A stretch of DNA of 64,000 nucleotides from Felis catus (taxonomy: Eukaryota): assembly GCF_018350175.1 (NCBI RefSeq), contig NC_058385.1, positions 51,708,001 to 51,772,000 of the forward strand. Direction: 5' to 3'. The notes beneath the pieces are model-generated. The model was not told where the DNA came from. It saw only the letters and a list, made by a program, of their open reading frames with translations, and ran no database searches. How positions within the stretch are numbered: the stretch's first letter is position 1; every line of letters starts with the position of its first letter. The position numbers were made by a program, and so were the translations under genes. Shown here piece after piece: positions 23,066 through 35,756 of the stretch.

Positions 23066-25084
23066 GAAAGGTGTTTGAGTTGCAGCTAATAGTCTTATAA
23101 CTTACTAAAAACAAATTATACCTGTCAATTTACTTAATGATTTCTAAACAGCCTAATTAAAACTAGTTAGAATTGTGGAATAATTAAAATGGACATTGTG
23201 TCATGGTTGAGAAATATTCATGATCCTGTTTGAAATTTGCTAAATCCCTATTAAAATAAGCCCTTTAGCACTGTCGGCAATCAAAACTTGCCCTTTCCAC
23301 TTACCAACACTTGTAGGAATGTTCCCTCTCACTGAACCGTGACTAGGGGAAGAAAATAACAGATGATTAAGAAAGACCACTTTATTGTAAACATTTAAGG
23401 GTAGAATTAATGGCAATTTGAACAGTAAAATATGTGTCCTAATTTCCCCAGTATTTCCATTTTTTTCTAACAGTATGAATTTAAAGAGCTTCCAAGGATT
23501 TTTCACACATTCAGAAAGAAAGCTGTTGGTATCTCCTGATTATTTTTAAGTTGGCTTTTCTTCCCAATTCATACTAAAGACATTTCTTCACACATTAAAA
23601 AAAAAAATCAAGATTTATGTTCCTCAGTGAAATGGTGACCATATTCACAACTCTGACCAAAAAAATATTACTTAGAAGAATAAAAATAGTTAAAAGCCAG
23701 GCACAATTGAGGGGAAGTCTTCCATTGCTATTTCTGCCAGATATTTTGAAACTACTTTGACTACAGTTAATTACTTTGAACAACTCAATTATAAATGTTT
23801 CAGTGACCATTTGTAATAGATTTACAGCAAAGCACGTACACTTCTCCATGCAAGCCAGGCCTTTACTGAGCATTTTTGAAACTTCACTAATGCAAACTTT
23901 GAGATCAATTGGACAAACTATGAGATTAAAAGCCTTTGTGTTAGTACAACCTATGAATAAAAAGATACATGGATTTGAACTGGAAACATGAGTTCAGGGT
24001 ACAGAAAATACTATGTTGAAGACATTAGCTTAAGAAACAGCTTTTTACTGGGTAAAAACACCTACTAAGAGGAATCAAATGAGGTGGTTTTAAAGTAATA
24101 TTATCTCTTAATTAACCTATTTCGTGTTACTACGTATGTTAAAGTTAAATAACTTCAAAATATTATATGAATACGTTTTTAGTAATTTAGATGGATGCTT
24201 CCTGGGGGAGAAAGCCCATGTTGTCCGTGTAATCATGGCCAGTGAACCTCAGCATCCCATTTCCTCTATTCTATTTGGTCATTTATTTGGTAAACGTCTT
24301 TCATAAATTTGAGTCTTAAGTCTTCTGGTATCTTGTGGAAAGAACTGATATATGTTTAATTTAAAAGAACTGTGTTATAAATATTAAAAACATTACACAT
24401 TCAGTATATGGAAAATAGCCCATCATCAGAGAAATCGGTGAGACTTTAAATAGTGCCTGCCCATCCACGGCATTACAATATTTTGTTTGCTAGCATTTGT
24501 ACTCAAGGATCCTTGGACTTTATGTGTTGCTTAAATTTTAATACGCTGATAGAAAGGACATTGATTTCGTCTCGTAGTTCTTGAAGCCATAGGAGACAAA
24601 AAGTATTGTCAATAGTATATTGGAGCTAAAACATCATAGGTGCTCATGGAGAGTTGAATGTTAGGACTGTTTATTGAGTGTCCTATAGACCAATTCAAAA
24701 TAATTCCCTTTCCAATTAGGTAGTTTAAGTGTCTTTGAAGTCTTTTTCAAGTACTATTTCAAGAGAGTCAAGATGTAGCAAAAGCAGTAGAATAATATTT
24801 ACTCTGAGAAACAGGATATCTAGAATGCTGTTTGGAGCTATAGAGTTTCACTTCCTGCTTTAAATAACTTTGTCAAATTACAGATCTTTTGTGACATGCG
24901 AAACATTCTTGTAAATACACATAGGGTGAATGGGATGGGAAGGGTATAGCCAAAAACATGCATTTAAATAAAAAAGAGAGAAATATAAATAATAATTCCC
25001 TCTTGTCATGTTCTCATTTATTTTTTACCTCCACTCCTGTATAAGCCTATCTGAACTTCAATATGCAGTTTTAAGAATGCTTGT

Positions 25085-25340
25085 TCATTCATTTACTTAA
25101 TAAGTGATTGAGCACCACTGACAAGTGCCAATAGTTGGAAATGAGGCTTCAGAAAGACGAGAGGCTGAATAAATGGGGGTCTTGTGTGCCGTACTATGGA
25201 ATTTGGACTTAATCTTAAGCATTGGGAATTGTTGAAGGGTTTTGACTAGGGAAATGCCTTGATAAAGTCTCTTTATAGAGAGATGTTTCAAGCACCATAT
25301 GGAGAATAGGTTGGGGATATATATGCCTAGAGGCAGAAAA
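25085..25340 (-). mobile_element. L2 fragment
   Basis: ttcattcatttac...gaatttggacttaatcttaagcattgggaattgttgaagggtttt. Confidence 0.65.
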
Positions 25341-25374
25341 GTCTTTCAGACAAATGGTGTAAGGGCTGAATACA

Positions 25375-25615
25375 TAATATGGTGTACTGTTTAGGAGCTT
25401 TGGCTCTGGGATTACATAGGGTTTAGATCCTAGCTTGGCCGTTCTGGGTAGCTCTGTGACTTTGGACAAATCACTTCTCTGAACTTCTGGTTTTCGTTTC
25501 GGAAGTGAAAATATTACCATGTACCACTTAGGTTTGTAATAAGGTTTGCATGAGATAATGTGTACAGATTGCTTAATAGATACTGGCTCAGAGTAGGCAC
25601 ACAGTGAATATTAGA
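25375..25615 (+). mobile_element. MIR
   Basis: ggctctgggattac...tgtgactttggacaaatcactt. Confidence 0.75.
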
Positions 25616-25782
25616 TACAAAGCAAAGTATCAAAATAATAAAAAGTGACGAGAGCCTAAAGTAAGGCAGAGGCCTTGGGACAAGAAAGAATTACAGAGAG
25701 ATGATCTAGAAATATAAAGGAATTGATGACCAATTAGAAATGAAGAAGGAAGATTTTCCAGTTCATACTATAGTTTCAGGTT

Positions 25783-25986
25783 AAAAAAAATTTTTTTTTG
25801 AGGTTTATTTATTTTTGAGACAGAGACAGAGCGTGAGTGGGGAGAGGCAGAGAGAGAGACACAGAATCCAAAGCAGGCCCCAGACTCTAAGCTGTCAACA
25901 CAGAGCCCGATGTGGGGCTCGAACCCATAAACTGTGAGATCATGACCTGAGCCAGCGCTTAAATGACTGAGCCACCCAGGTGCCCC
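25783..25986 (-). mobile_element. Feline SINEC with a small internal deletion
   Basis: TSD tatagtttcaggtt / tgtagtttcaggtt. Confidence 0.93.
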
Positions 25987-26237
25987 TGTAGTTTCAGGTT
26001 GTAAATACCTGAAACAACAGCTAACATTTTTCAATTAAGAAGATATATCTTCTTTTGTAAACAGAATGAATATCTATATGGGCCAGAAAAGGGGGTAAAA
26101 ACACATAACAATATATGAACATTGAAGCCCTGGGCCTTTTGAGCTCTGGTTCAGAAACAGTCAGGGACAGCCAAGAAGTGCTCAATTTCAGTAGGGGGAC
26201 TAGGACTATAGGACCCTATGAACTGTGACAGGCAAGT

Positions 26238-26521
26238 AGAACTCAAGAGAACATGACCAGTAAATGCAATGCAGGATCCTGGGTGGGATCCTGGAACAGA
26301 AAAAGGACAGTAGGTAAAAGGTAAGGAAATCTAGATGAGGTCTGGACTTCGGCTAGCAGAAATATATCATTATTGATTCATTAATTATAACAAACGTGAT
26401 ATCTGATATATGATGTTAATCATTGGGAAAATTGGATGGTGGGGTATATGAGAATTCTAGACTATCTTAGCACAGTTTGGTAAATATAAAAACTATTCTC
26501 AAATAGAAATGTTTGTTTAAA
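26238..26521 (+). mobile_element. L1MC/ME-type 3' end
   Basis: aaatgcaatgcaggatcctgggtgggatcctggaacagaaaaaggac...aaaactattctcaaatagaaatg. Confidence 0.8.
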
Positions 26522-26777
26522 TGGCAGGGGAATAGAACCCCCTTCACTTCTTTGAACTTGACCTAAGCAGGGGTTCCCAACTATGAAAGGAGGCTGGAAA
26601 AAGCTGTGATGCTGCCCACCCCAGGTGGTGGCACTAGCAAGCTTCAGAAGCCAGAGGAAAAAGAGGAAGGCTTGCAGCCTGGGCCTAGGAGAAGCCACCC
26701 CTTCATTTGTTATTTTGATCTATTTTTGTACCCACTGACAGCATGGGCTAGGAGCCACCCATGTAAGACTTTTGTCT

Positions 26778-26990
26778 GGGGGCGCCTGGGTGGCTCAGTC
26801 GGTTAAGTGTCTGACTCTTGATATCGGCTCAGGTCATGACCCCAGGGTCATGGGATCGAGCCCTGGGTCAGGCACTGCACTGAGCCTGGAGCCTGCTTGG
26901 GATTCTCTCTGTTCTTCTCTGTGCCTCTCCCCTGTTAGCACATGTGCTCTCTCTCTCTCTCTCAAAGTAAATAAATAAACTTTAAAAAGA
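26778..26990 (+). mobile_element. Older Can-SINE subfamily copy
   Basis: gactcttgatatcggctcaggtcatgaccccagggtcatgggatcgagccc diagnostic segment. Confidence 0.93.
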
Positions 26991-27358
26991 AAGACTCTTT
27001 TCCAGAATGGAAGTCTCAGAGGGCTTGTAGAGATAAGCACAAAATAACTGGATGGAAAGAGAAGACACACTACAGAGATGGAAAGAGTAAGAAAAACGTG
27101 AAAAACCTAAAAGTTCCCTCTCAAGAGGAGCCTAAAACTAAAATTTAAGTACATGAGGGAAGCTAGACCTGAGAAAGTCAACAGAATCAACAATTGGGTG
27201 AGGAATTGACTCTTGATACAAAGAAAAAAAATTAGTTCTTAAAACTGACATTATGTTTTGTTGGAGGCTTCTAGGATAACTTGAATTTCAAATTTGAATA
27301 TCAGGGTGAATGGGGTTGCTATTTACAAAGATAGAAAAGGCTGTAGGGATAGCTTTTA

Positions 27359-27568
27359 CTTATTTATTTTTTTGAGAGAGACCATGCAAGACAGAGCATG
27401 AGCAGGGGAGGGGCAAGGAGGGGGGGTTGGTTCACACAGAATCCAATGCAGGCTCCAGGCTCTGAGCTGTCAGCACAGAGCCTGATGCAGGGCTCGAACC
27501 CATGGACTGTGAGATCATGACCTGAGCCGAAGTCAGATGCTTAACCAACTGAGCCACCCAGGCACCCC
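27359..27568 (-). mobile_element. Feline SINEC inside an L2 fragment (~27295-27830)
   Basis: Reverse-complement SINE; TSD ggatagctttta / ggatggctttta. Confidence 0.93.
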
Positions 27569-28188
27569 ATGAGGATGGCTTTTAAAATAGGATATAGGGT
27601 TCAACTGGGGGTCAGTTGAGCTTGAAGTACCTGTGGAAATGGGCAGTTTGGAGCTGCAGTTCTGGCCCTCAAGGGATCAGCTTAGAATAAAGTCATCCAA
27701 TCAAATTGGCATGCAGGGATACAGGAGTTTCTGAAGACACGTGAGTAAAGTAAGAAGAATATTTTGACCTAGATGTAAGGGGTGGGACGAGACCGGAGGC
27801 CGAGGAAGGATGGTCAGGGACACAGGAGGCAATCCTTGCTGTTTCCTCCAGCTCTATAATCCAGGAAGTTTGTCCTTCCTAGCCTCTACTAGTTACTCGG
27901 GAGAGAAATCAAACCATGTCATTCATATGACCAAAAGTGCCAAAGAAGGTTATGGTGATGGGACCCCGACATGCTATGATTAGAGAATTTATTCTCTAAT
28001 AAATCTGTGCAGGAAAGCTATGTTGGAGGTGGGCTTGGAACTATTCCTTATAGAAAGAGAGATCTCTTTGGTTCCCTTCTTTGGTCATCTTTCCCATTTC
28101 AGTTCACTAGAGTAATAATATCTGTCAAGAAAAATGGGATGAACTGGGGTTGATGTCTAAATATCACATCAGAAACCTTTCGGTGTTA

Positions 28189-28358
28189 GGTATGCCTGGG
28201 TGGCTCAGTCAGTTAAGCATCCGATTTTGGCTCAGGTCATGACATTGCGGTTCGTGGGTTCGAGCCCTGCGTCGGGTTCTGTGCCAACAGCTCAGAGCCT
28301 GGAGCCTGCTTCGGATTCTGTGTCTCCCTCTCTCTCTGTCCCTCCCCTGCTTGCACTC

Positions 28359-28411
<53 letters not shown>

Positions 28412-28430
28412 AATAAGTAAACATTAAAAA
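28189..28430 (+). mobile_element. Feline SINEC with (CTGT)n(CT)n expansion
   Basis: Degenerate TSD aaacctttcggtgtta / aaatcttttgatgtta. Confidence 0.93.
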
Positions 28431-28799
28431 AATCTTTTGATGTTAAAGGCAGATGGTTTTTATCTGATTTAAAGACAAGTCAATGTATCTCAAAACCTCT
28501 TTTTTCCGTATCAAATCAGTATTCATGAGTCTCTCCTTTTTGTGTAAATCACACTTATGATTCATTCTGCTTAAACACCCTATTTGTCGCAGAGTCATAA
28601 CACATCACACGGTCTGAGAACTTTCTCCGACATTATTTTGGGACTTGTAGAAAACCTAAGGATGAGCACCAGAAAGCAAATGACTCAGAGTCTGAAGGCA
28701 GTTTCATGATCCACCACCTGAACGGGGGAAAGGTTAGGTTTTACTTTTCATCAGCAGGACTCAGAGGGGAAAGCTTTAATGCCTTGAAACGATTCTAAA

Positions 28800-28940
28800 G
28801 GATTGCTCTCTCCACTTAATGTGCATTGGAGAGTCTTATTAAGACATAGGTGCTGACCCGGTAGACCCATGGCAGGGCCCGCAGTTTTGCATTTGTAAAA
28901 AGACTTCAGGTGATGCTGAGACTACTGGTCCATGAATAGT
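28800..28940. mobile_element. MER5-like hAT-Charlie relic
   Basis: ttgcatttgtaaaaagacttcaggtgatgctgagactactggtcc motif. Confidence 0.55.
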
Positions 28941-29130
28941 AAGGCTAGTCTGACAAGCCTGAAGGCTTTCTTCATTTGGCAACACATATAAGATATATTT
29001 CAATATTTGGACCCAGATTATCATCCTGGAATTTATCATTAAGACTTGTGTTGCTTCCTCAAAACAAACTGCTTAGCTGCCACCCCTTAACGCGTGTGGT
29101 ATAAGAAACTTTCAGAATAAGAATGTGCAT

Positions 29131-29352
29131 TTAACATTTTTTAATGCTGATTCATTTATTTTTGAGAGAGAGTATGAGTGTGAGCAGGGGAGGGACAGAG
29201 AGAGAGAAAGACAGAATCCAAAGCAGACTCCAGGCTCTGAGCTGTCAGCTGTCAGCTGTCAGAGCCCGAGCTGGGGCTTGAACCTACAAACTGTGAGATC
29301 ATGACCTGAGACGAAGTCGGACACTTAACGGACTGAGCCACCCAGGCATCCC
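29131..29352 (-). mobile_element. Feline SINEC with internal (GCTGTCA)3
   Basis: TSD aagaatgtgcat / aagaatgtggat. Confidence 0.93.
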
Positions 29353-31511
29353 AAGAATGTGGATAAAAAAAAATAAGAAGAACGAGGATATTATCTCACA
29401 TACATATATGGTTTTCATATTATAAAACACACAAATTACCCTATAGTATTAATAGATAAAATTGGGCATTTCAGACATGTTAGCAGTTCCTGAGTTTGGT
29501 TAGTCCAGGGTGTGAGCTGTGACAATATTGTATAGTTTCCTGAAGAGCAAGCAACAGAAGTAACATAGATTCTGACACGAAAGAGACATGTTAGGAATTA
29601 GAAATTTACTGGTTCTTTTGCTCTACTGTTCACCTATTGTGTTGGTCAGAGTTGTTGATCAGCTTCTTCGGCTCTTGATTGGGAATAAAAGTACTTTCTT
29701 AGACTTTTTGTGAGTTTTAAAAAAGGTGATGCATAAAGCTCTTCATACTGAGTCTGGCTGGTAAATATGTAACAAACAGTTGCTATTTCTCCAAAGAAGG
29801 AAAAAGAAAATGGAGGGGGGAGTCAATAGGGGAAGTAATAGCTAGTTAGTAACAGTTTTAGCTTACGAAAAATACAGTATTGATAAATTTTTAATATCCA
29901 TATTTATTTATTTTGTACTCAAAGCAAAAATAAGGTTTCTCGATCAGACGTTTTGTTACCTACAACAGAAGCAATCATGGGTTCCCTTTCCTGAATCTCC
30001 TTGCAGCAACATAATGAAAGATGTCTGCTCTATCTATAGGGGCTTGTACTGCAGAAACCCTGACGTGATGAATCTGGACAATTATAGAGGAGCTGGACAG
30101 CTGCCCTGATCCCCTCTGGAAAGAGGGAAACAAAACAAAACAAAACACCTTTGTCCCTGATGTAAATGAATCCTCTCTGGGAAAGGTCCCTAAGATTTCA
30201 CAATCCTTTGCCAAATAAACAGAATCACTGAGGGTTTTAGTCTCCTTGAAAATGTAAATACGTAACTCCAGAAAAATAAATCTGTATTTCTCCAGACCCT
30301 TCTCCATATATTCAGCCATCTTTTAACCCAATGTTCTTTGTTAATGCTGGGCCTCATATCCTCTTCCCACCTCCCCTACCTCTGATTCCTGAGCTGTCAG
30401 CAAAGTTTGTGCAAATCATGAAGTTCTGGCTGTGATTGGACTTCCTGTGGAAACAGATGGAAGAACTGAGTTCCTTGTCCTGCCTGAGTTGGGCAGAGAT
30501 AGGGAGAATATACACAGACACGTAGGATAGAGAGACCCTCAGCTGGCCTTAGGGTTAGGTATGTAATCATTAATAGTGGAAAAAGGGGACTGGAAAAATC
30601 AGATGAACTTGAAACTCTTCCCGCATTTGTTCCTAACTAACTGCGGGGCCCTGGACCTGGGTCACTTGTCTCAGGATTCTAACTCCCACATCCCACAAAC
30701 TAGGGAATGTCATATCCTCATGCTCCTAAAGATTCCTTTGCGCCTCTGACTCTTAGATTTTAATAATTTTAACTGAAGTGCATTTTATTAAGTGCTGTAT
30801 TCAAATGAAGTTATTTTGAGCATTGATTTTTGGCACAACACCTTTCTAAATTCAGCTCAAATAACATTTAGTTTTAAAAACATGTTCAATTACTTGCCTT
30901 ATCTCCTTTGTGCCATTTTTAGTATTCTTTCATTAAATTTTGTTGTTCTAAAACTAGGCTGGAGTTAGTTTTTCCCAAGATTTACAAATTTCAGGTCAGA
31001 CCTGCTTATTTCCTGTTTATGATTCCAACCATTCATCATGATTTGTCTTTTCTTGCAGCCCTCCCATATTGTATTATCCCACTGAAACAAGCAACCTTTG
31101 TAACAATTAGATCCCTTCATGGGAACGAATCTTTTCTCGGTGGCTCTGTCCTTTGTTTGGGTTTCATGACCCCCGAAACGTCTGACATACTCCACAGCTG
31201 TGAATAGCATACAAGTAGGTGTTTTGAGTGCAGTAAAGCCAAAAAGCTGAGTTCAGTAGAGCATGGAAAATGCACGTGAAGCTAGATTCTTCAAAGTGGG
31301 GAAGAGGAAGGAGAAAGGAACCAGTAGTTATGAGCACATGTGCAAGCAGGACCCCGGTGCATTATCACTTCATCTTCTCATCATAAAAACTTTGTACTAG
31401 TGGATATTTTTCGTCTTCGCAGTACGCATGAGGTTCAGAGATACCCCATGAATTGTCCAAGGTCACCCAGCTGGTAGCGAGGAGGAAGAGGATTTAAATC
31501 TACATTTGATT

Positions 31512-31725
31512 GGGGCGCCTGGGTGGCTCAGTCGGTTAAGCTTCCGACTTCGGCTTGGGTCATGATCTCACGGTCCGTGAGTTCGAGCCCCGCGTCAGGC
31601 TCTGTGCTGACAGCTCAGAGCCTGGAGCCTGTTTCAGATTCTGTGTCTCCCTCTCTGCCCCTCTCCCATTCATGCTCTGTCTCTCTCTGTCTCAAAAATA
31701 AATAAACATTAAAAAAAATTTTTTT
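31512..31725 (+). mobile_element. Feline SINEC_Fc inserted in a MIR (~31320-31770, -)
   Basis: Perfect TSD tttaaatctacatttga (31493-31509 / 31726-31742). Confidence 0.95.
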
Positions 31726-32150
31726 TTTAAATCTACATTTGACTCTAAAACATATCTTCTTTCCATGACATTTCACTTTCTTCAAGCTGTGTGGCCTATT
31801 CTTTGAGGCAACTTTGTTATTTATCAGATAACGTAATGGCTGTATAAGCACTACTATATCAACTGTAAAGTGACCAGGTGTGACTTACTATTGCTTTAAC
31901 TGATAAAACTGGGTAAGGCATTTAACCTTCCTAGGGAACAATAATAAATAATTGATATGCACAATTATGCACTTAGCTTGCTTATGTAATTTTATTTCTC
32001 ATGTGCGTATTTGAAATAGCATTTTATAATTAATGCATTTTTCCCACCAAAGTACTAAACGTGGCCTTTTCCTATTTTCTCCATGAAAGGAGAATACTGG
32101 CAATGTTTGAAAACTCAGTGTAGGATCTGGCTTGAGGCTTGTTATTGTGT

Positions 32151-32151
<1 letters not shown>

Positions 32152-32193
<42 letters not shown>
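32152..32193. repeat. (GT)n microsatellite
   Basis: Direct reading. Confidence 0.97.
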
Positions 32194-32195
<2 letters not shown>

Positions 32196-32886
32196 TTTTT
32201 AGTAAAAATTAAATGGGTTTCTATAATTTGCTTGTTTCATGCCCTAGTACATTATGACCTGATGAAATATCACAATAATTTGTTGATAGGAACCAAGATT
32301 AAGTTCACTAAACATGCTGTTAGAAAATGGTAAATTAATTTAAAATGTCATGCGGTGGGATTGGGTAGGACTCCTTTAAGAAGGACTCACGTCAAACAAA
32401 CCTTTCTTTGTTAACAAAAGACTTAAGGATGAGGAAAATGTCATAGAGAAAATATCTTGATTTTGGTAGAACCATCCTTCAGATGTCTTAAGGTGGTCAG
32501 CTAAGAAGAGAGCAAAATAATCACAAGATGATTCTCCTAGCTTTAAGGATGACAAATGGCAGGGAGTCAGCTCAGAGAATGGTTCCTGGCATTGGGCCTC
32601 AAGGCTTGAATATGAAACTGTTGTCTCATTCGGATTTCCCCAGTACCGTTGACGCAGACAGGTAAGACATAAACTGACACGATGCTGAGGGAGATCAAAA
32701 TATGACAAGATACGTCGTAAAGGATTGGCTCAAATTGAAAAATTAACATTTATATAATTGATTCCAATGTTGTATAATTGATTCAGACTGAAAAGTTAAT
32801 ATTTGATGAGTTTGAGTGTTAATTTTTCTCTTTGTTTCAAAAAGACAGCTGTATGTATACATATTTCAGAAAACCTGATGTAACAG

Positions 32887-33366
32887 TGTAGTGGTGGAAG
32901 AAATTTCCCTTCTTCCCTTCTAGGATCTTTGACTGGTCTAATAATTGAATTGAAATAAGACAGATAAACAGGAGAAAAACAAATTTAACTTTGTATGTAT
33001 CAGAGGCCCATAAAAATACAGGCCAAAAGGCAGCTAAGCACTCGAAGCTTATATAAAATCCTGAGCTAAGGACAGGGATACGGGCATGGGGCAGGGGGCA
33101 AAAGAGGTGGAAAGCCACTCAGAGGAAGGTGGGAGATGTTTGGAACACAAAGGTTGCCCTGTTATGCAGGTCAGGTTGTCAGGTAAACCCTATCTTCTGT
33201 AAGAACTCTCTTCCTGGTACACACCCTCTTTCCCATGTAAATTAAGGCAGTTGAGGGGGAGGAAAAGAGCTTTTCCTGAATCTGCTGGAGTTTGTTTGCT
33301 TTTAGCTCAAAATAATCCTTATGCCAAACTGACATATTTTGGGGTGGTGAATTCTGCTTTCCTTCA
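32887..33366 (-). mobile_element. Solo ERV1 LTR, MER34-like family
   Basis: Minus strand starts TGAAGGAAAGCAGAATTCACCACCCCAAAATATG...GGCATAAGGATTATTTTGAGCT; flanks acag / acaa. Confidence 0.75.
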
Positions 33367-33408
33367 ACAACAATTTGAGTTAAAAAAAGAATCATAGATT
33401 TTAGGAGT

Positions 33409-34225
33409 TGTGGGGGAGGAAAAATAATTTTCTCTCTATCTTATTAGGCTTTTGGCTGAGACTCCCCCTGTGATAAGAGACAGATTAAGGGGAGAAAAAC
33501 AGAAGTTTAAAAACATCCATGCCTCCTGTATACTTAGGAAGTACTCAGGAAAACTGAGCAATTCCCTGAAATGGCCCAAGCCACCACTGTATTGTGTTGT
33601 GTCGTGTCGTGTTGTGTTGTGTTGTTGCATTGCATTGCATTGCATTGCATTGCATTGCATTGCATTGCAAGAGAGATAGTGTGTATGTGAGCAGTGGAGA
33701 GAGACAGAGAGAGAATCTTCAGTAGGCTCCACATGCAGCACAGAGCCCAATGTGGGGCTCAATACCATGACCTTGAGATTGTGACTTGAGCTGAAATCAA
33801 GACTCAGATGTTCAGCTGATTGAGCCACCCTGGCATCCCCCCAAGCCATCCCTTTAAATAACATCTTCAACCTAAGATAAAAGATGTTTGGGGGAAAAAA
33901 AAAGATATTTGGGGTGGGGAGGTGGCCAGTTATGAGAAGGTACCAGGCAAAGCACAATAAACAAGGGTAAGGCTGTTAGGCAGATTTAAGTTGTTCCTAC
34001 TCCACTGATAGGAGTTTCTAGATATTTAGTCATCCTTCCCTTCCTGGTACAGAGAGGGAGACACCCTTACAAGTGGTGACTTCCCTTATAAATGTGAAAG
34101 TCTCTTATAAAAGTATAACTTAGTTTTCAAAGCTTTTCCCGTGTCTGCTCTTTCTTAAAAATAATCAGCCTAAAATAGTCCTTATGCCAAAGACATTTTG
34201 GTGTGGCAAATTCTGCTCCTCATCA
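33409..34225 (-). mobile_element. Second MER34-like ERV1 LTR (diverged from the first), interrupted by a SINE
   Basis: Same terminal motifs (ccttatgccaaagacattttggtgtggcaaattctgctcctcatca; agacagattaaggggagaaaaacag). Confidence 0.75.
33589..33839 (-). mobile_element. Older Can-SINE whose tail has become a pentanucleotide microsatellite
   Basis: TSD cccaagccaccact / cccaagccatccct; (TTGTG/TCGTG)n(TTGCA)9 at 33592-33669. Confidence 0.88.
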
Positions 34226-34277
34226 GAAAGAACGGTCAGCAGTGTGACACAGCAAACCAAAAAAGGGATGTAATCTT

Positions 34278-34470
34278 TTTTTAAAAATGTTTATTTATTT
34301 TGAGAGAGGAAGTGGGGGACAGAGAGAGGGAGAGAGAGAATCCCAAGCCGGCTCAGCCCTGTCAGCACAGAGCCCACCCAACTTAGGGCTCGATCCCAGG
34401 AACCCTGAGATCATGACCTGAGCCAAATCCAGAGCCAGATGTCTAACTGACTGAGCCACCAAGGTGCCCC
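34278..34470 (-). mobile_element. Can-SINE
   Basis: TSD aaaagggatgtaatctt / aaaagggatataatctt. Confidence 0.93.
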
Positions 34471-34894
34471 AAAAGGGATATAATCTTAAATGATCAAGAT
34501 CTCAGGGATACACTATAGCAGTTGTGTACCCCCAAGGACGAATGATCAGCCATCACCTACCTGGCTCCCAAAGTATAACTCTAAAACCAATGGGCAGAAG
34601 TTCCAGATCACTTTTTAGCTAAATATAAAGAAGGACTATATGAAAATAATAGCCTCAAAAAATAGGGGATACTAAGACAACTCTGCCCTATATTTTATTT
34701 ACTTGGCCTTGTAAAATGATACATTTGTATTTTATTTTTGCATAAAATGATGGTAATGTTTGTACTATTCCATTTTATATAATATGCCAGGCCACAGTCA
34801 CCTTTTATTTTCATTTTGGTAGACTTCTGAAATGATTCCCTTTTTTTTTCCTCTAGTATTTCTGCATTACTGCCCCAATTGGGAGTGTCCCTCA

Positions 34895-35110
34895 GTAAGT
34901 GGCATTGTGGAAGAGTTAAAAGCCTTGGCCATAAAGCCAAAGACAGCCAGATTTAAATCCAGTCTTTACCAGTTACTATGTGATGTCGGAAAGCAACCTT
35001 TCCTTTGCTAACCAGTTGCTTAATTTCTCTGAACCTTGGTTTCTGCATCTGTGAAGAGAAGATATTGTCTCAATCACTATGCTGTTCCAAGGATTAAATG
35101 TACATAATAT
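34895..35110 (+). mobile_element. MIR
   Basis: ttgcttaatttctctgaaccttggtttctgcatctgtgaa core. Confidence 0.75.
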
Positions 35111-35756
35111 ATTTTTTAAATTAAGATACCCTTTGAAACAATAAATGTTTAACAAACACCTATTAATAGATTATAAGATTATGATAATTCACATTTTTAA
35201 AACACTTAGAAACACTTTACTACATAGTATGTAGTAACTAAATAAAAATGAATAACTATCATGTTAACATAAAACAAATTGGTGCTCCTGAGATGTGACA
35301 CAAATCGTTTATCCCCAATCATGTGCCTTTGCTAACAAGCATAAACTCGTGCTATAGGTTCTCTTTATTTTTCCTTGGAAAATACAAGTTCATTTCAGTA
35401 TTATTCTGTACCTTATCCTTTCCAGGAAATACAGTGGTGAAGAAGAAAGCAAGATTCACTCATTGTTGCCAAAGCATACTATATGATTCAAGGGGTATCA
35501 TAAAGCCATATCTACCTCAAATCTTTTCTCTTTTGGTTTGATCCCAAAACCAAAACCTTCCTTTGAAGGCTTATATAAATTATAAAACTTGCAAGACAGG
35601 AATTTTTTTATCAGAGAATCACAGATCCACCTGTGAGAAGAAAGGCACTACTGTTGATTCTTGCTTTACAGCACTTTGGAAACATTGAGTTTAGCGGATT
35701 GTGGGTTTATACCTTAGAAGCACCGAAGCATTTCCCTGAGGTGTGATGAGCTATGA

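Noticed and set aside
33436-33957. Longest ORF (173 aa) with CNAMQ repeats
   Set aside because: Runs through LTR, SINE and a pentanucleotide microsatellite; the periodicity comes from (TGCAA)n.
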